Of a DNA stretch of 64,000 bases, positions 1 to 9,646 are shown piece by piece. The translations under genes were made by a program, and so were the position numbers. Source of the stretch: Eledone cirrhosa. Its lineage: Eukaryota. Positions within the stretch are counted from its first letter, which is position 1, and each line of letters starts with the position of its first letter. The notes beneath the pieces were generated by a model. That model did no database searches. It was not told where the DNA came from and saw only the letters and a list, made by a program, of their open reading frames with translations. The stretch lies in the NCBI GenBank assembly GCA_964016885.1, contig OZ024764.1, positions 29,016,001-29,080,000 of the forward strand. Direction: 5' to 3'.

Positions 1-175
1 AACCTGTGGAAGAAACGTAAAAGCGTTACCTCGGAGCAAGGCCAGAGACACCTGCTACAATAGTCGCCCCTCCTCATGAGGCTCCTGTCATCTTTCCTCC
101 CGACTTTATGGAGGAAATCAGCAGTACAGGGACCAAGTATGGCAGAGGTCTCAATGGAGTGGAAGAGGTGAGTCA
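1..175 (-). mobile_element. CRE-like 3' fragment type 3 (further copies at ~36800-36996, 39246-39442, 51083-51279 and 53671-53867)
   Basis: Hand translation SIETSAILGPCTADFLHKVGRK, then after a frameshift EPHEEGRLL*QVSLALLRGNAF; the same RLE C-terminal pattern as types 1 and 2. Confidence 0.75.
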
Positions 176-690
176 GGCCTTGGTACTATCTTACTATCCT
201 CTGCATTGCGGGGTGTGGAGCCTAGGTTTGTGGCTGTAGCTATATTTGAACTTTTATATGAAATTTCAGTTTTATATTTTTCACATCATAAAACTTAATC
301 TTAGTCTTTTGCAGCTCATCTTGTTTCATCTCGCAGCACACGATTTGGGAACCACTGCTCTAGAGATAGAAAAAGTATATTTTATGCAGGGCTTCCCTGA
401 GACATAAAAACTATTTCAAGAGATCGACATGGGTAGAAAGGTTGAGAAATGCTGCACAATGTTCTTTGGTTTTTGTTCACCTTTAGATAATCATGTATAA
501 AATATCGGGTGTGCAAGATTTCATGAAAAGGTATAACATTATTTATGCTGGTCTTGCAGGGACTAGCTCCAATTGAGAGTTGTACCAATTCCCACTAAAC
601 TCGAAACTCCTGGACAATATATACATATCTTTATAAGTTCCTGTGTATTGTGTCGCTGTATAATGAAACATAAATATATACCATGCATGT

Positions 691-936
691 CAGTCAGATT
701 TGAACTCACTATATTTGGCGTTTTATAGACAGAATTTGTTTGTTAAAACAATTGATTAAATAATAACTAAATAAAATTAATTCTACAATCCTGGATAGGG
801 AATGAACTTATAACTTCATAATAGAAGCCATCTATTCGAGCAGTATTGCCATCTAAGCCACCAGGTTACTTACAGAACTTCATTCAAATATAAAATATAA
901 AATATATGCCAGACATAGTGAGTTCGAATCTGACTG
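691..936. mobile_element. MITE-like element with ~29 bp terminal inverted repeats (copies at ~37512, 39958, 51794 and 54383)
   Basis: cagtcagatttgaactcactatatttggc (691-719) is the reverse complement of gccagacatagtgagttcgaatctgactg (908-936) with 3 mismatches. No clean TSD. Confidence 0.6.
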
Positions 937-1055
937 ATTAGTTGGTCATTGTCCCAGCCAACAGTTTAAATCGCCAACCAGTAGGTGACATCGACTAGGT
1001 TGGGAAAACTTGGTTAAGTAGCTCCAGTTATTGCTACGTTAGACATATTCAAGAC

Positions 1056-1160
1056 TTATCGACACCGAATGGAAGAAAGGTAAAGTTGAACTCAGAGTAA
1101 AGAACAGGAAAAATACTGCAAAGAATTCTATCTGATGTTCTAACAATTCTACCAAATTAC
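1056..1160 (-). mobile_element. Old degenerate SINE fragment (also near 37877, 40322, 52144 and 54747)
   Basis: cttatcgacaccgaatggaagaaaggtaaagttgaactcagag...tgttctaacaattctacca is the reverse complement of the core and head of the same SINE family. Confidence 0.65.
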
Positions 1161-1804
1161 CTTATGTATATATATTTATATCTAGAGATAAGAAGAAAAC
1201 TGAAAGAAAGAAAAAAAAAAATGAGACCTTATATGTAACCCATAAACAGGATTGAAACCGAAACCAGGACTACCACCATCTCTGGTATCACCCACCAGAC
1301 CACCATGAAAGATACAAAAATCTGCTTTTTTAATATTTATAAGCCTACTTTCAATATTAAAGTAATTAACATGTGGTGTTGTTCATGCCTTTCTCTATGT
1401 TATTGGTAAAAAATAAAGTATTTAAACCTCAAATTTTGTTATTCAAATATGCTTGCTTATGTAATTATAAATGTCGCAGAATACACACACATATATAGAT
1501 GTGAAAATATTCAGGACCCCAACGGCTGTGCTACTGCCGTTTCGACATCTATATATATATATTTTTGTCCTAGGCTCTTTCAGCGCAGAAAGAATTCTCC
1601 AATGATCACAACCAGCTAATGGTGCCCAGTGGAAGCACTTTAGTCTAATTGTAACCCCAACGATCACGATTAGCGGCGGCTTTTTCGAGTCTGAGGTTGA
1701 CTGCCAGATATATATATATATATCTATATATATATATATATATTTTTATACTTTGCTAGAATCCCGGAGAACAACAGAAAGATGCTGAGTTCAGAGTTTA
1801 AAAA

Positions 1805-2500
1805 ACATGTCCCCTTTAATATAAAAACAATCCGAGTCTTGTAAAAGTGTTATTACTGTAATATAAAGTAGAAACCCTTTATTTAAACAAAGCTGCGATG
1901 CAGCGATCATCAAAGCAAACCCCAAAATGTAAACAAACTTCTCGCAGGTGCTGCCAGATACACGATAACATGTGTATACGAAGTGTAACAGGGAGTTGGG
2001 TCGTATTATATGACTTTCAAATTGACCCCTATTATATTCAAATTATCCCCTGTGGGGCGTGCACCCCACGTTGAGAATCCCTCATAAATAAATATATGTG
2101 AGTGTGTTGCTATGACTGCTATTTCTAGCAGGTTTACTGCAGTCCTGTAGACGCACAACAAAAACCGGAAGTGGCAGCCATTAAAAAACTTTGGCTTAAA
2201 ATCAGCCAAAAGATTTTCAATAATAGTAAAATTTTATTTTTGACAAGGACGATAACTTTTGTCTTACTTAATCGCAAAAATCGAGGCAAAAATTTTGAGG
2301 GTGTGCAGTTTACACGCTAAAAATAAACCTGCTAGAAATAGCAGTCATAGCAACTCACTTACATATATTTATATATCATATATATATATATATATGATAT
2401 ATATATGGACACTTTAGAAATAGCAGCGAATAACAGAAAGGACACACACACACACACATATATATATATACACACACACACATATATATATATGCCCCAG

Positions 2501-2568
<68 letters not shown>

Positions 2569-3560
2569 TATATATATATGCCCCAGCATACACACACACA
2601 CACACATATATATACATATATATATATATGCCCCAGCATGGTCTTGGACGATCGTCTAACTAAGACCAATAATAAAATACTTCAAAATAAATTAAACACC
2701 CCTAAATCCGGGGTTACAACTTGGATTACTTAAAAGTCAGTAAAGCTGTAAAGATTCTATATTGTAAATAGGTGGTCGCATGTTCGAATCCGGGCAAATC
2801 CCGAGAAAAATAACAAAAAGGACAATGTAAAAATAACAGCCATAGACGAGAGGAGGACACACACATGTATATATATATATATGTGTGTCTGTGTATGTGT
2901 TTGGCTGCTATATATATATATAGCGGTCAACACACACACACGTACATATATAAGTGTGTGTGTTTGGCTGATATATATATATATATATATATATATGATA
3001 TATAAATATATGTGAGTGGCTATGACTGCTATTTCTAGCAGGTTTATTTTAGCGTGTTAACTGGACACCCGCAAAATTTTTGCCTCGATTTTTGCGATTA
3101 AGTAAGACAAAAGTTATCGTCCTTGTCAAAAATAAAATTTTACTATTATTGAAAATCTTTTGGCTGATTTTAAGCCAAAGTTTTTTAATGGCTGCCACTT
3201 CCGGTTTTTGTTGTGCGTCTACAGGACAGCCAGAAACCTACTAGAAATAGCAGTCATAACAACACACTTATGTATATTTATATATCAGGGATTCTCAACG
3301 AAGGGTACACGCCCCACAGGGGGCAATTTGAATTTAATAGGGGCCAATTAGAAAGTGATATAATACGACCAAACTTCCAGTTACACTTTGTTCACATGTT
3401 ATCGTGTATCTGGCAGCAGCTACGAGAAGTTTGTTTATATTTTGAAGTTTGTTTTGATCATCGCGGCATCGTAGCTTTGTTTAATTAAAGCATTTCTACT
3501 TTATATTACAGTAGTAACACTTTTACAAGACTCGGTTTATTTCTATATTAAAGGGGAACA
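1805..3560. repeat. Long inverted repeat A (~590 bp arms, ~590 bp microsatellite-rich spacer)
   Basis: 1805-2400 is the reverse complement of ~2990-3560; mirrored ORFs 2006..2209(-) and 3160..3351(+). Confidence 0.9.
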
Positions 3561-3619
3561 TAAACCTAATTTTTAAACGTTGAGGTGGGGCATGGAGCAA
3601 AAAAGGTTTGGAACTACTG
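3286..3619. mobile_element. hAT-like non-autonomous element; related pieces form the outer arms of the long inverted repeats
   Basis: Ends CAGGGATTCTCAAC... and ...GTTTGGAACTACTG resemble Charlie-type hAT TIRs. A related end, tttggggaccactg, is at 43871-43884. No 8 bp TSD seen. Confidence 0.6.
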
Positions 3620-3752
3620 AAGACAACGAATCATCGTTTTTATTAATGTAAACAAACTTCTCGCAGGTGCTGCCAGATACACGATAACATGTGTATACGA
3701 AGTGTAACAGGGAGTTGGGTCGTATTATATGACTTTCAAATTGACCCCTATT

Positions 3753-4682
3753 ATATTCAAATTATCCCCTGTGGGGCGTGCACCCCACGTTGAGAATCCC
3801 TCATAAATAAATATATGTGAGTGTGTTGCTATGACTGCTATTTCTAGCAGGTTTACTGCAGTCCTGTAGACGCACAACAAAAACCGGAAGTGGCAGCCAT
3901 TAAAAAACTTTGGCTTAAAATCAGGCAAAAGTTTTTTAACAATTTGCCAAGAAAGATAACTCTTGTCTTACTTAATCGCAAAAATCGAGGCAAAAATGTT
4001 GCGGGTGTGCAGTTTGTTTGGTGTATTTGACTGCTATTTCTAGCATATATGGACACTTTAGAAATAGCAGCAAAACACGGGAAACATAAGAAAGAAGGTC
4101 ACACACGTATATATATATATATAATTATGTATCTGTATATATATATATATATATACATATATACATATATATATGCACAGATATATACATTTAAATATAT
4201 ATATTTATATATACATACACGCGCGCACACACACCTATACGTAGATATGGGTGTGTGTATAGCTGGTATATATATATATATATGTATGGGTGAGTGTATA
4301 GCTGGTATATATATATATATATATATAGGTGTGTGTCCTTCTTTCTGCTGTTTTCCGTTTTTCGCTGCTATTTCTAAAGTGTCCATACATGCTAGAAATA
4401 GCAGTCAAATACACCAAACAAACTGCACACCCGCAAAATTTTTGCCTCGATTTTTGCGATTAAGTAAGACAAGAGTTATCTTTCTTGGCAAATTGTTAAA
4501 AAACTTTTGCCTGATTTTAAGCCAAAGTTTTTTAATGGCTGCCACTTCCGGTTTTTGTTGTGCGTCTACAGGACTGCAGTAAACCTGCTAGAAATAGCAG
4601 TCATAGAAACACACTCACATATATTTATTTATGAGGTATTCTCAACGTGGGGTGCACGCCCCACAGGGGATAATTTGAATAT
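3753..4682. repeat. Long inverted repeat B (~350 bp near-perfect arms, ~220 bp spacer)
   Basis: 3753-4105 is the reverse complement of ~4329-4682; mirrored ORFs 3725..3928(-) and 4507..4803(+). Confidence 0.9.
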
Positions 4683-5276
4683 CCCCCTCTTTATATCAAT
4701 TAGCACTAACTCTCTCCCTCTCTATATCTACTACACGGCACTCTCTTCCAATACCCCTCTCTATATGAAGAAACACCAAACTCTCCCCCTCTCTATATAT
4801 TAAGCACTAAGTCAGGAATTTTTTTCTTCTTTTGTGCAGAGAGAGTAAAGTTGATTAAATCTACTGCAGTGAATTACTGGTATTTTATTTAATAAAAATT
4901 AAAATTTACTATTTGTCTTCGTTTAATTTTCGTTTTTCTTTACATAGTTTCGTTTCGTTAAATGTCTCCAGAATTTGTTTTTACTTTTACCGGATATTGA
5001 AGGTGTAAACTTGGTGTTGTCTAGAAACGTGTTAGAAATATTTTTCTTTTAATTGTGACGAATTTAACCGCAAAGTAAGTTTTTTTTACTGTTTATTTGT
5101 GGCTGGGACAACGTATGGTATGTGTTAATGTAAATGGTGAAGGTTTAAAGATTCTTTTTACAACTGAAAATCAGTTTGTTGTTGCTGCTAATTACTTAAC
5201 GCATGGAATAGATTTAAAAAATACACGATTGTTTCTCGGAAGAGAGGAAGAAGAAACAAATCACAGAAGCGGGTAG

Positions 5277-5452
5277 CACACACATTTGGGACCACATACA
5301 ACACAAAAACAGGTAATCCACACATCTGGGACCACATACAACACACCAGCAGGTAATACATACATCTAGGACCACATAAGCAGGTAATAACACATCTAGG
5401 ACCACATACAACACACAAGCAGGTAATACACACATCTAGGACGACATACAAC
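5277..5452. repeat. 40 bp minisatellite, ~5 units (also at ~44606-44782 and ~59397-59533)
   Basis: accacatac core at 5291, 5331, 5371, 5401 and 5441; lies 3' of the type 1 CRE stop codon. Confidence 0.85.
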
Positions 5453-5535
5453 CAAAGGCAGGCGAAAGGGGTGGACAAACGAGCTGCTACTAGATCAAAA
5501 GTTAACAGTATCGCGAGGAGCACTGGGAAACCTCT

Positions 5536-5739
5536 CTAATGATTTTTTAGGCAAGCCAGCACGTCTGCAGCGTTACCTCGGGCGATGGCGAGGCTGAGGA
5601 GCTGGAACAACCAAGTGCCCTCACGAGCTTCACCAGTCACCTTCGTCAGGCTAGCCGCCAGTGAAGATAGGAATCTCGCAGTCAGTATCCCGACTCCCCC
5701 AAACGCCACAGGCTGGAAAATGTAGTTGGCCGACAGATC
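5536..5739 (-). mobile_element. CRE-like non-LTR retrotransposon 3' fragment (restriction-like endonuclease C-terminus), type 1
   Basis: Hand translation DLSANYIFQPVAFGGVGILTARFLSSLAASLTKVTGEAREGTWLFQLLSLAIARGNAADVLACLKNH* matches the CRE-clade pattern YxFxPVAxETxG..FL..TGExRE..LFQRLSxAxxRGNA (ETx missing). Confidence 0.82.
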
Positions 5740-5777
5740 ACATTATTACTTAACAGTGATAGATATTCTGTCTAAAG

Positions 5778-5850
5778 GAGGGGCGTACAACAGGCGGCCC
5801 GCGGGCCACAATCGAGCCCACCTGACCAGTCAGAGTGGCCCGCAATGACT
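5778..5850 (+). mobile_element. hAT-like left terminus remnant (also at ~45108 and ~59859)
   Basis: gaggggcgtacaacaggcggcccgcgggccac has the GCGGCCCGCGGGCC subterminal motif typical of hAT ends and is preceded by gtctaaag, an nTCTAGAn-like target. Confidence 0.55.
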
Positions 5851-5898
5851 GTTGTAGGCTTATTTAGAATTTTTTCCATACCCGTAATACTTCTGTTA

Positions 5899-6540
5899 GT
5901 TGACCTATACTAAAGGACTTCACTGATAGGGTTATATGTGTTATAGTTTCCCAGTTGACCTATACTAAAGGACTTCACTGATAGGGTTATATGTGTTATA
6001 GTTTCCCAGTTGACCTATACTAAAGGACTTCACTGATAGGGTTATATGTGTTATAATTTCCCAGTTGACCTATACTAAAGGACTTCACTGATAGGGTTAT
6101 ATGTGTTATAGTTTCCCAGTTGACCTATACTAAAGGACTTCACTGATAGGGTTATATGTGTTATAGTTTCCCAGTTGACCTATACTAAAGGGCTTCACTG
6201 ATAGAGTTATATGTGTTATAGTTTCCCAGAGGGCTTCACTGATAGGGTTATATGTGTTATAGTTTCCCAGTTGACCTATACTAAAGGACTTCACTGATAG
6301 GGTTATATGTGTTATAGTTTCCCAGTTGACCTATACTAAAGGACTTCACTGATAGGGTTATATGTGTTATAGTTTCCCAGTTGACCTATACTAAAGGACT
6401 TCACTGATAGGGTTATATGTGTTATAGTTTCCCAGTTGACCTATACTAAAGGACTTCACTGATAGGGTTATATGTGTTATAGTTTCCCAGTTGACCTATA
6501 CTAAAGGGCTTCACTGATAGAGTTATATGTGTTATAGTTT
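5899..6540. repeat. 55 bp tandem repeat, 12 units
   Basis: gttgacctatactaaaggacttcactgatagggttatatgtgttatagtttccca; starts at 5899, 5954, 6009 and onward, with one shortened unit at 6229. Confidence 0.97.
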
Positions 6541-6780
6541 GAAACAAACTACCCGCATCAGTTATTATACTTTTATAACACCGCTATATTACCTACATGA
6601 AAGAGGTAAATATTTATTTCTCTTGTCTTCTTAAATGTATAGAACATTTTTATTATATATATTCTTAACATAGCTAGGACCGTTTATTATTTACTAGTCT
6701 CTACTCCTAGGACTTTGCTGGTCTCATGTCCCCTCCATCAACACACACTCGGTAGAAAGCTGGTCGTCGGAGGTAAAGTG

Positions 6781-6918
6781 GCCCTGATTACAGGTCTAGT
6801 ATTGAAGCCTTTCGGCTTGAGCCTTGCTGATGCCGACAAAGTTCCTGTGGTAGTTTTGGTAGCACAGGTGACATTTTATTGTGTTTAGGTACCGGCTAGT
6901 GCGGACACAGAGAGCACA
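6781..6918 (-). pseudogene. Degenerate PHD-finger coding fragment (copies at 45726-45863 and ~61445-61580)
   Basis: CALCVRTSRYLNTIKCHLCYQNYHRNFVGISKAQAERLQY*TCNQG has C4HC3 spacing. TAG sits at the conserved Trp and two Cys codons are altered by single changes (TTT here, TCT in copies 2 and 3; terminal GGC). Confidence 0.72.
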
Positions 6919-7112
6919 ACCAGGTGGTGAGCTGGCAACGACCAAGTGTAGAGGGCCAGCTTTGAAATTCGAGCGACGGAGTGAACTAGTAAAAGAGGCA
7001 GGGTAAGCAGCATTGGTTCTAACGGTGGGACTAGAACGGAGGTTGGGTGATGCTGGGGGTGGGCTAACAGCTAACAGTTGTAGGAGTGGTGGGGGTTTGC
7101 TAGGATTAATTT

Positions 7113-9467
7113 TTACATCTGTCTGTGAACTCTTGAAAAAGCAACATACAATTGTCCAGGGTTAAATACTTGCTCAGGGAGGAACAGACCCACTTTATCA
7201 TGTATTTGACCATGGTTCTTGTTGATTGTCATGGCATATGACAGTCTTAATGGAAACTGGGGTCTTTCCGAAGTAAAAAGGATGTTGGCACCACTGGGGG
7301 CTAACTTCAGTCTTGGGATCAAAACACACCTGCCCATCAAAGGACCATAGATATGAGAAGCTTTGATAAAATGTTTATGCAGTTCTACTACTTCTAATCT
7401 TGTGCCATTACATAATCTGTTCTGGATTGAAATATTCCATAGAAGCATTATTATTGATCCTGCTTTTAATTGGAGTTTGTGAGGCGGCATCCCAGAAGGT
7501 GTAAGCAAGTTCATTTAGCTTGAACCAGGCAGCAAGGGTCCCTGCATTTCTACCACAACCTGAGCATTGCCTCTTTGAAAGTAAACTCTGTTTGTTCTCC
7601 AGGTGTGTGGCTAGGCTGTATAATGTATGTGATGTACCATGAAGCTTAAATCCGGACAGACACGACACTGCTTCTGGCTGAGACACATACCTGCAACAAA
7701 GATAGGTTCTTATTTCATCATGGTTGTGTTGGTTCTGAGCCTCATTAGGTAATGCATTATTCGTTACTTCTATAGATGTACAATCATGCCCCATGTAACA
7801 TATTTAAAGAGGTACTTGACACTTTTTACAGAAGCGCAAACTTCAACATTAATATGTGCACAATATTTCTTAAGCAAAAAGGCATTAAGTGGCACAACAT
7901 TCCTGTTATCTACTGAATGTCATCCAATTTACACTGCAGTTCCTGTCTTGCACCTCCTGTACTCTGGGTATCCATTTAGGTTCAATAATGTTTCCCTTCT
8001 GTAGGTTTTTGGATAGTTCTTTTGGAAAAATCCATTTTGTATAAATGGGGGAAAAGGGTTTCCAGAACCACATGGCCCGTGTATCATAAACTTTTAAACC
8101 TGCTCATGTAGTACTTGATCATCTTCCAATGCAGGTATTTCTGCTGACACGATTCTGTCAATGTCTTCTCTGTTTCTTATCTTGTCTTCATTTCTTAAGG
8201 CTCAGTGTTATCATCTGTTTAGATAATTCATTAAACCATTATACTCATCCACTCACAATTGGGCTTGATTGTTCCTCAAATATTGAAGCCTGCATCCCCC
8301 TACTTTCATATAGGCTTCCACTAAATACTGCTAAAATAATTTACCTGCCCTATATATCGCACTAAATCCTCCTCTATATGCTATACTGTATATGTAATAC
8401 TCCTGCATTGTCAGTCTATTGCAAACACAGGTCCTGCATTCCTCTCCATGTCACTATGCCACCAAAATTCACCATTATGGGTTGGTCATGAGGTCCAAGT
8501 GGCATGAATTATGTGATATATTCTGAGGAGGATGGTCTTTAGGAAAGATGATAATATCTCTTTGTACAGGTGGTCTGCCCTCAATCCCCCACAAAACAAC
8601 AGCTATCATTACTAGTTGGTAAATTATAGCAGCTCATATCTGATCCTCTTCTAAATCTTAATTTACAGTTCTGTACACAACAATTTTCTCTTCTTGCACT
8701 TTGCTGTTTGATGCCATGCATTGTATTGTACACTTCGACATATGGATTACATCACGCAACACCTCTCTTATCATAGCCATTTTTTGTGGTGAGCACTCAT
8801 TATTTGTTGGTACTAGGGCGGTGGATTGGCAGTATCGGTAGAGCGTCAGACACCATGCTTTGCAGCATAGGGTTATGGCCCTTTACGTTCTGGGTTCAAA
8901 TCCCTCCAAGGTTGACTTTGTTTTCATCCTTATGAGGTCGATAGAATAAAGTACCAGTAATTGCTGGCCTTGTGCCAGAAACAATTATTTGGTCGTACTT
9001 CCAATCTGTGCTACACACCTTCGTTCCCATCAATAATATATAACTGGCCATATTGTGGTGTATTTTCTGCAGGTTACAGAGATGGGGGTGTAGTGATATG
9101 TTTGACCCTGAATATGAAAGCTATACGGGCCTCTGCCGGGTGGTAACACCAAATGAAGTGAAATAAATGTAGTTTTAATTGCAGACGTTTCTGTGAAATC
9201 AACTGCTTCCTGGCCTCTTTCAAAGAGATTTCTCATTCTCTCGGGGTATATTTGCAATGGAGGCAACACAACCTTTCCTTTATTACAACAGTTACAATTT
9301 TCATTTCTAAATTTCAAAGCTTCACAGTGATCACACGAAACATTCATATCACTAATATGAAATTCTTCTAGATTTCCATTAATATTAATTGTTGGCCAAT
9401 TTCTCTTACGACGCTCATTATCCATTCTTCTCTGTCTGAATGTTTTCCATTCTAAGTCTATTTGCAT
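7113..9467 (-). pseudogene. Helitron Rep/Pif1-helicase (RepHel) pseudogene, copy 1
   Basis: Across frames, in canonical order: zinc finger CDHCEALKF..CCNKGKVVLP; GRGPYSFHIQGQTYH; PQYGQLYIID; YNLPTSN; GKLF*QYLVEAY..RLQYLRNNQ; IDRIVSAEIP..MIHGPCG; HINVEVCASVKSVKYLFKYV; DEIRTYLCCRYVSQPEA; then the Pif1 C-terminus PSGMPPHKL..LCNGTRL..QFPLRLSYAMTINKNHGQ..GQLYVAFSRV. Disrupted by stops, frameshifts, two large deletions and a SINE. Confidence 0.95.
8816..8983 (+). mobile_element. tRNA-derived SINE (octopus-type) inserted in the Helitron gene
   Basis: A-box-like TGGCAGTATCGG, B box GTTCAAATCC (8894-8903) and core gttgactttgttttcatccttatgaggtcgatagaataaagtacc. Flanked by a degenerate 16 bp TSD: attatttgttggtact (8799-8814) and attatttggtcgtact (8984-8999). 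Confidence 0.88.
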
Positions 9468-9572
9468 GGAATAATTATATTCTGTTGTTTATTATGTAAT
9501 TAAATAGCTCTGTACAATACATAGAGCATTCTTCTTTTCTTTACCTTTTCTATAGAAATACAAGAACAAACA

Positions 9573-9605
<33 letters not shown>

Positions 9606-9646
9606 GTGTGTATATACATAAACAAGACTGTTATTACTCCAACCAG

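Larger units (their letters stand above)
1..9646. repeat. Composite tandem macro-repeat unit, copy 1 (left-truncated by the window edge, right end joined to satellite)
   Basis: Sequence at 1 (aacctgtggaagaaacg) recurs at 36822, 39268, 51105 and 53693. Near-identical spurious ORFs recur at 382/39649/54074, 7113/46058/61755 and 8129/47074/62713. Confidence 0.95.

Noticed and set aside
2006-2209. Multi-copy 67 aa [19 protein letters not shown]... as a small gene family
   Set aside because: Starts at TTG, lies in inverted-repeat arms overlapping an hAT-like end, and recurs only because of DNA duplication.
2770-2800. B-box-like GTTCGAATCC in the palindrome A spacer
   Set aside because: No convincing A box or tRNA/SINE body.
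4960-5260. Possible protein-coding remnant (ORF 59212..59436 in copy 3)
   Set aside because: No recognisable motif, stops in the other frames, and the frame is not conserved between copies.
6660-6720. Helitron 3' terminus (several CTAG sites downstream of the helicase)
   Set aside because: No GC-rich hairpin at the expected distance; the true Helitron termini could not be located.
7786-8365. Plus-strand ORFs 7786..8004 and 8129..8365 (and their copies)
   Set aside because: Antisense shadows of the Helitron Rep coding sequence.
8816-8905. tRNA gene
   Set aside because: A and B boxes are present but there is no cloverleaf; it continues into a SINE core and has a TSD.
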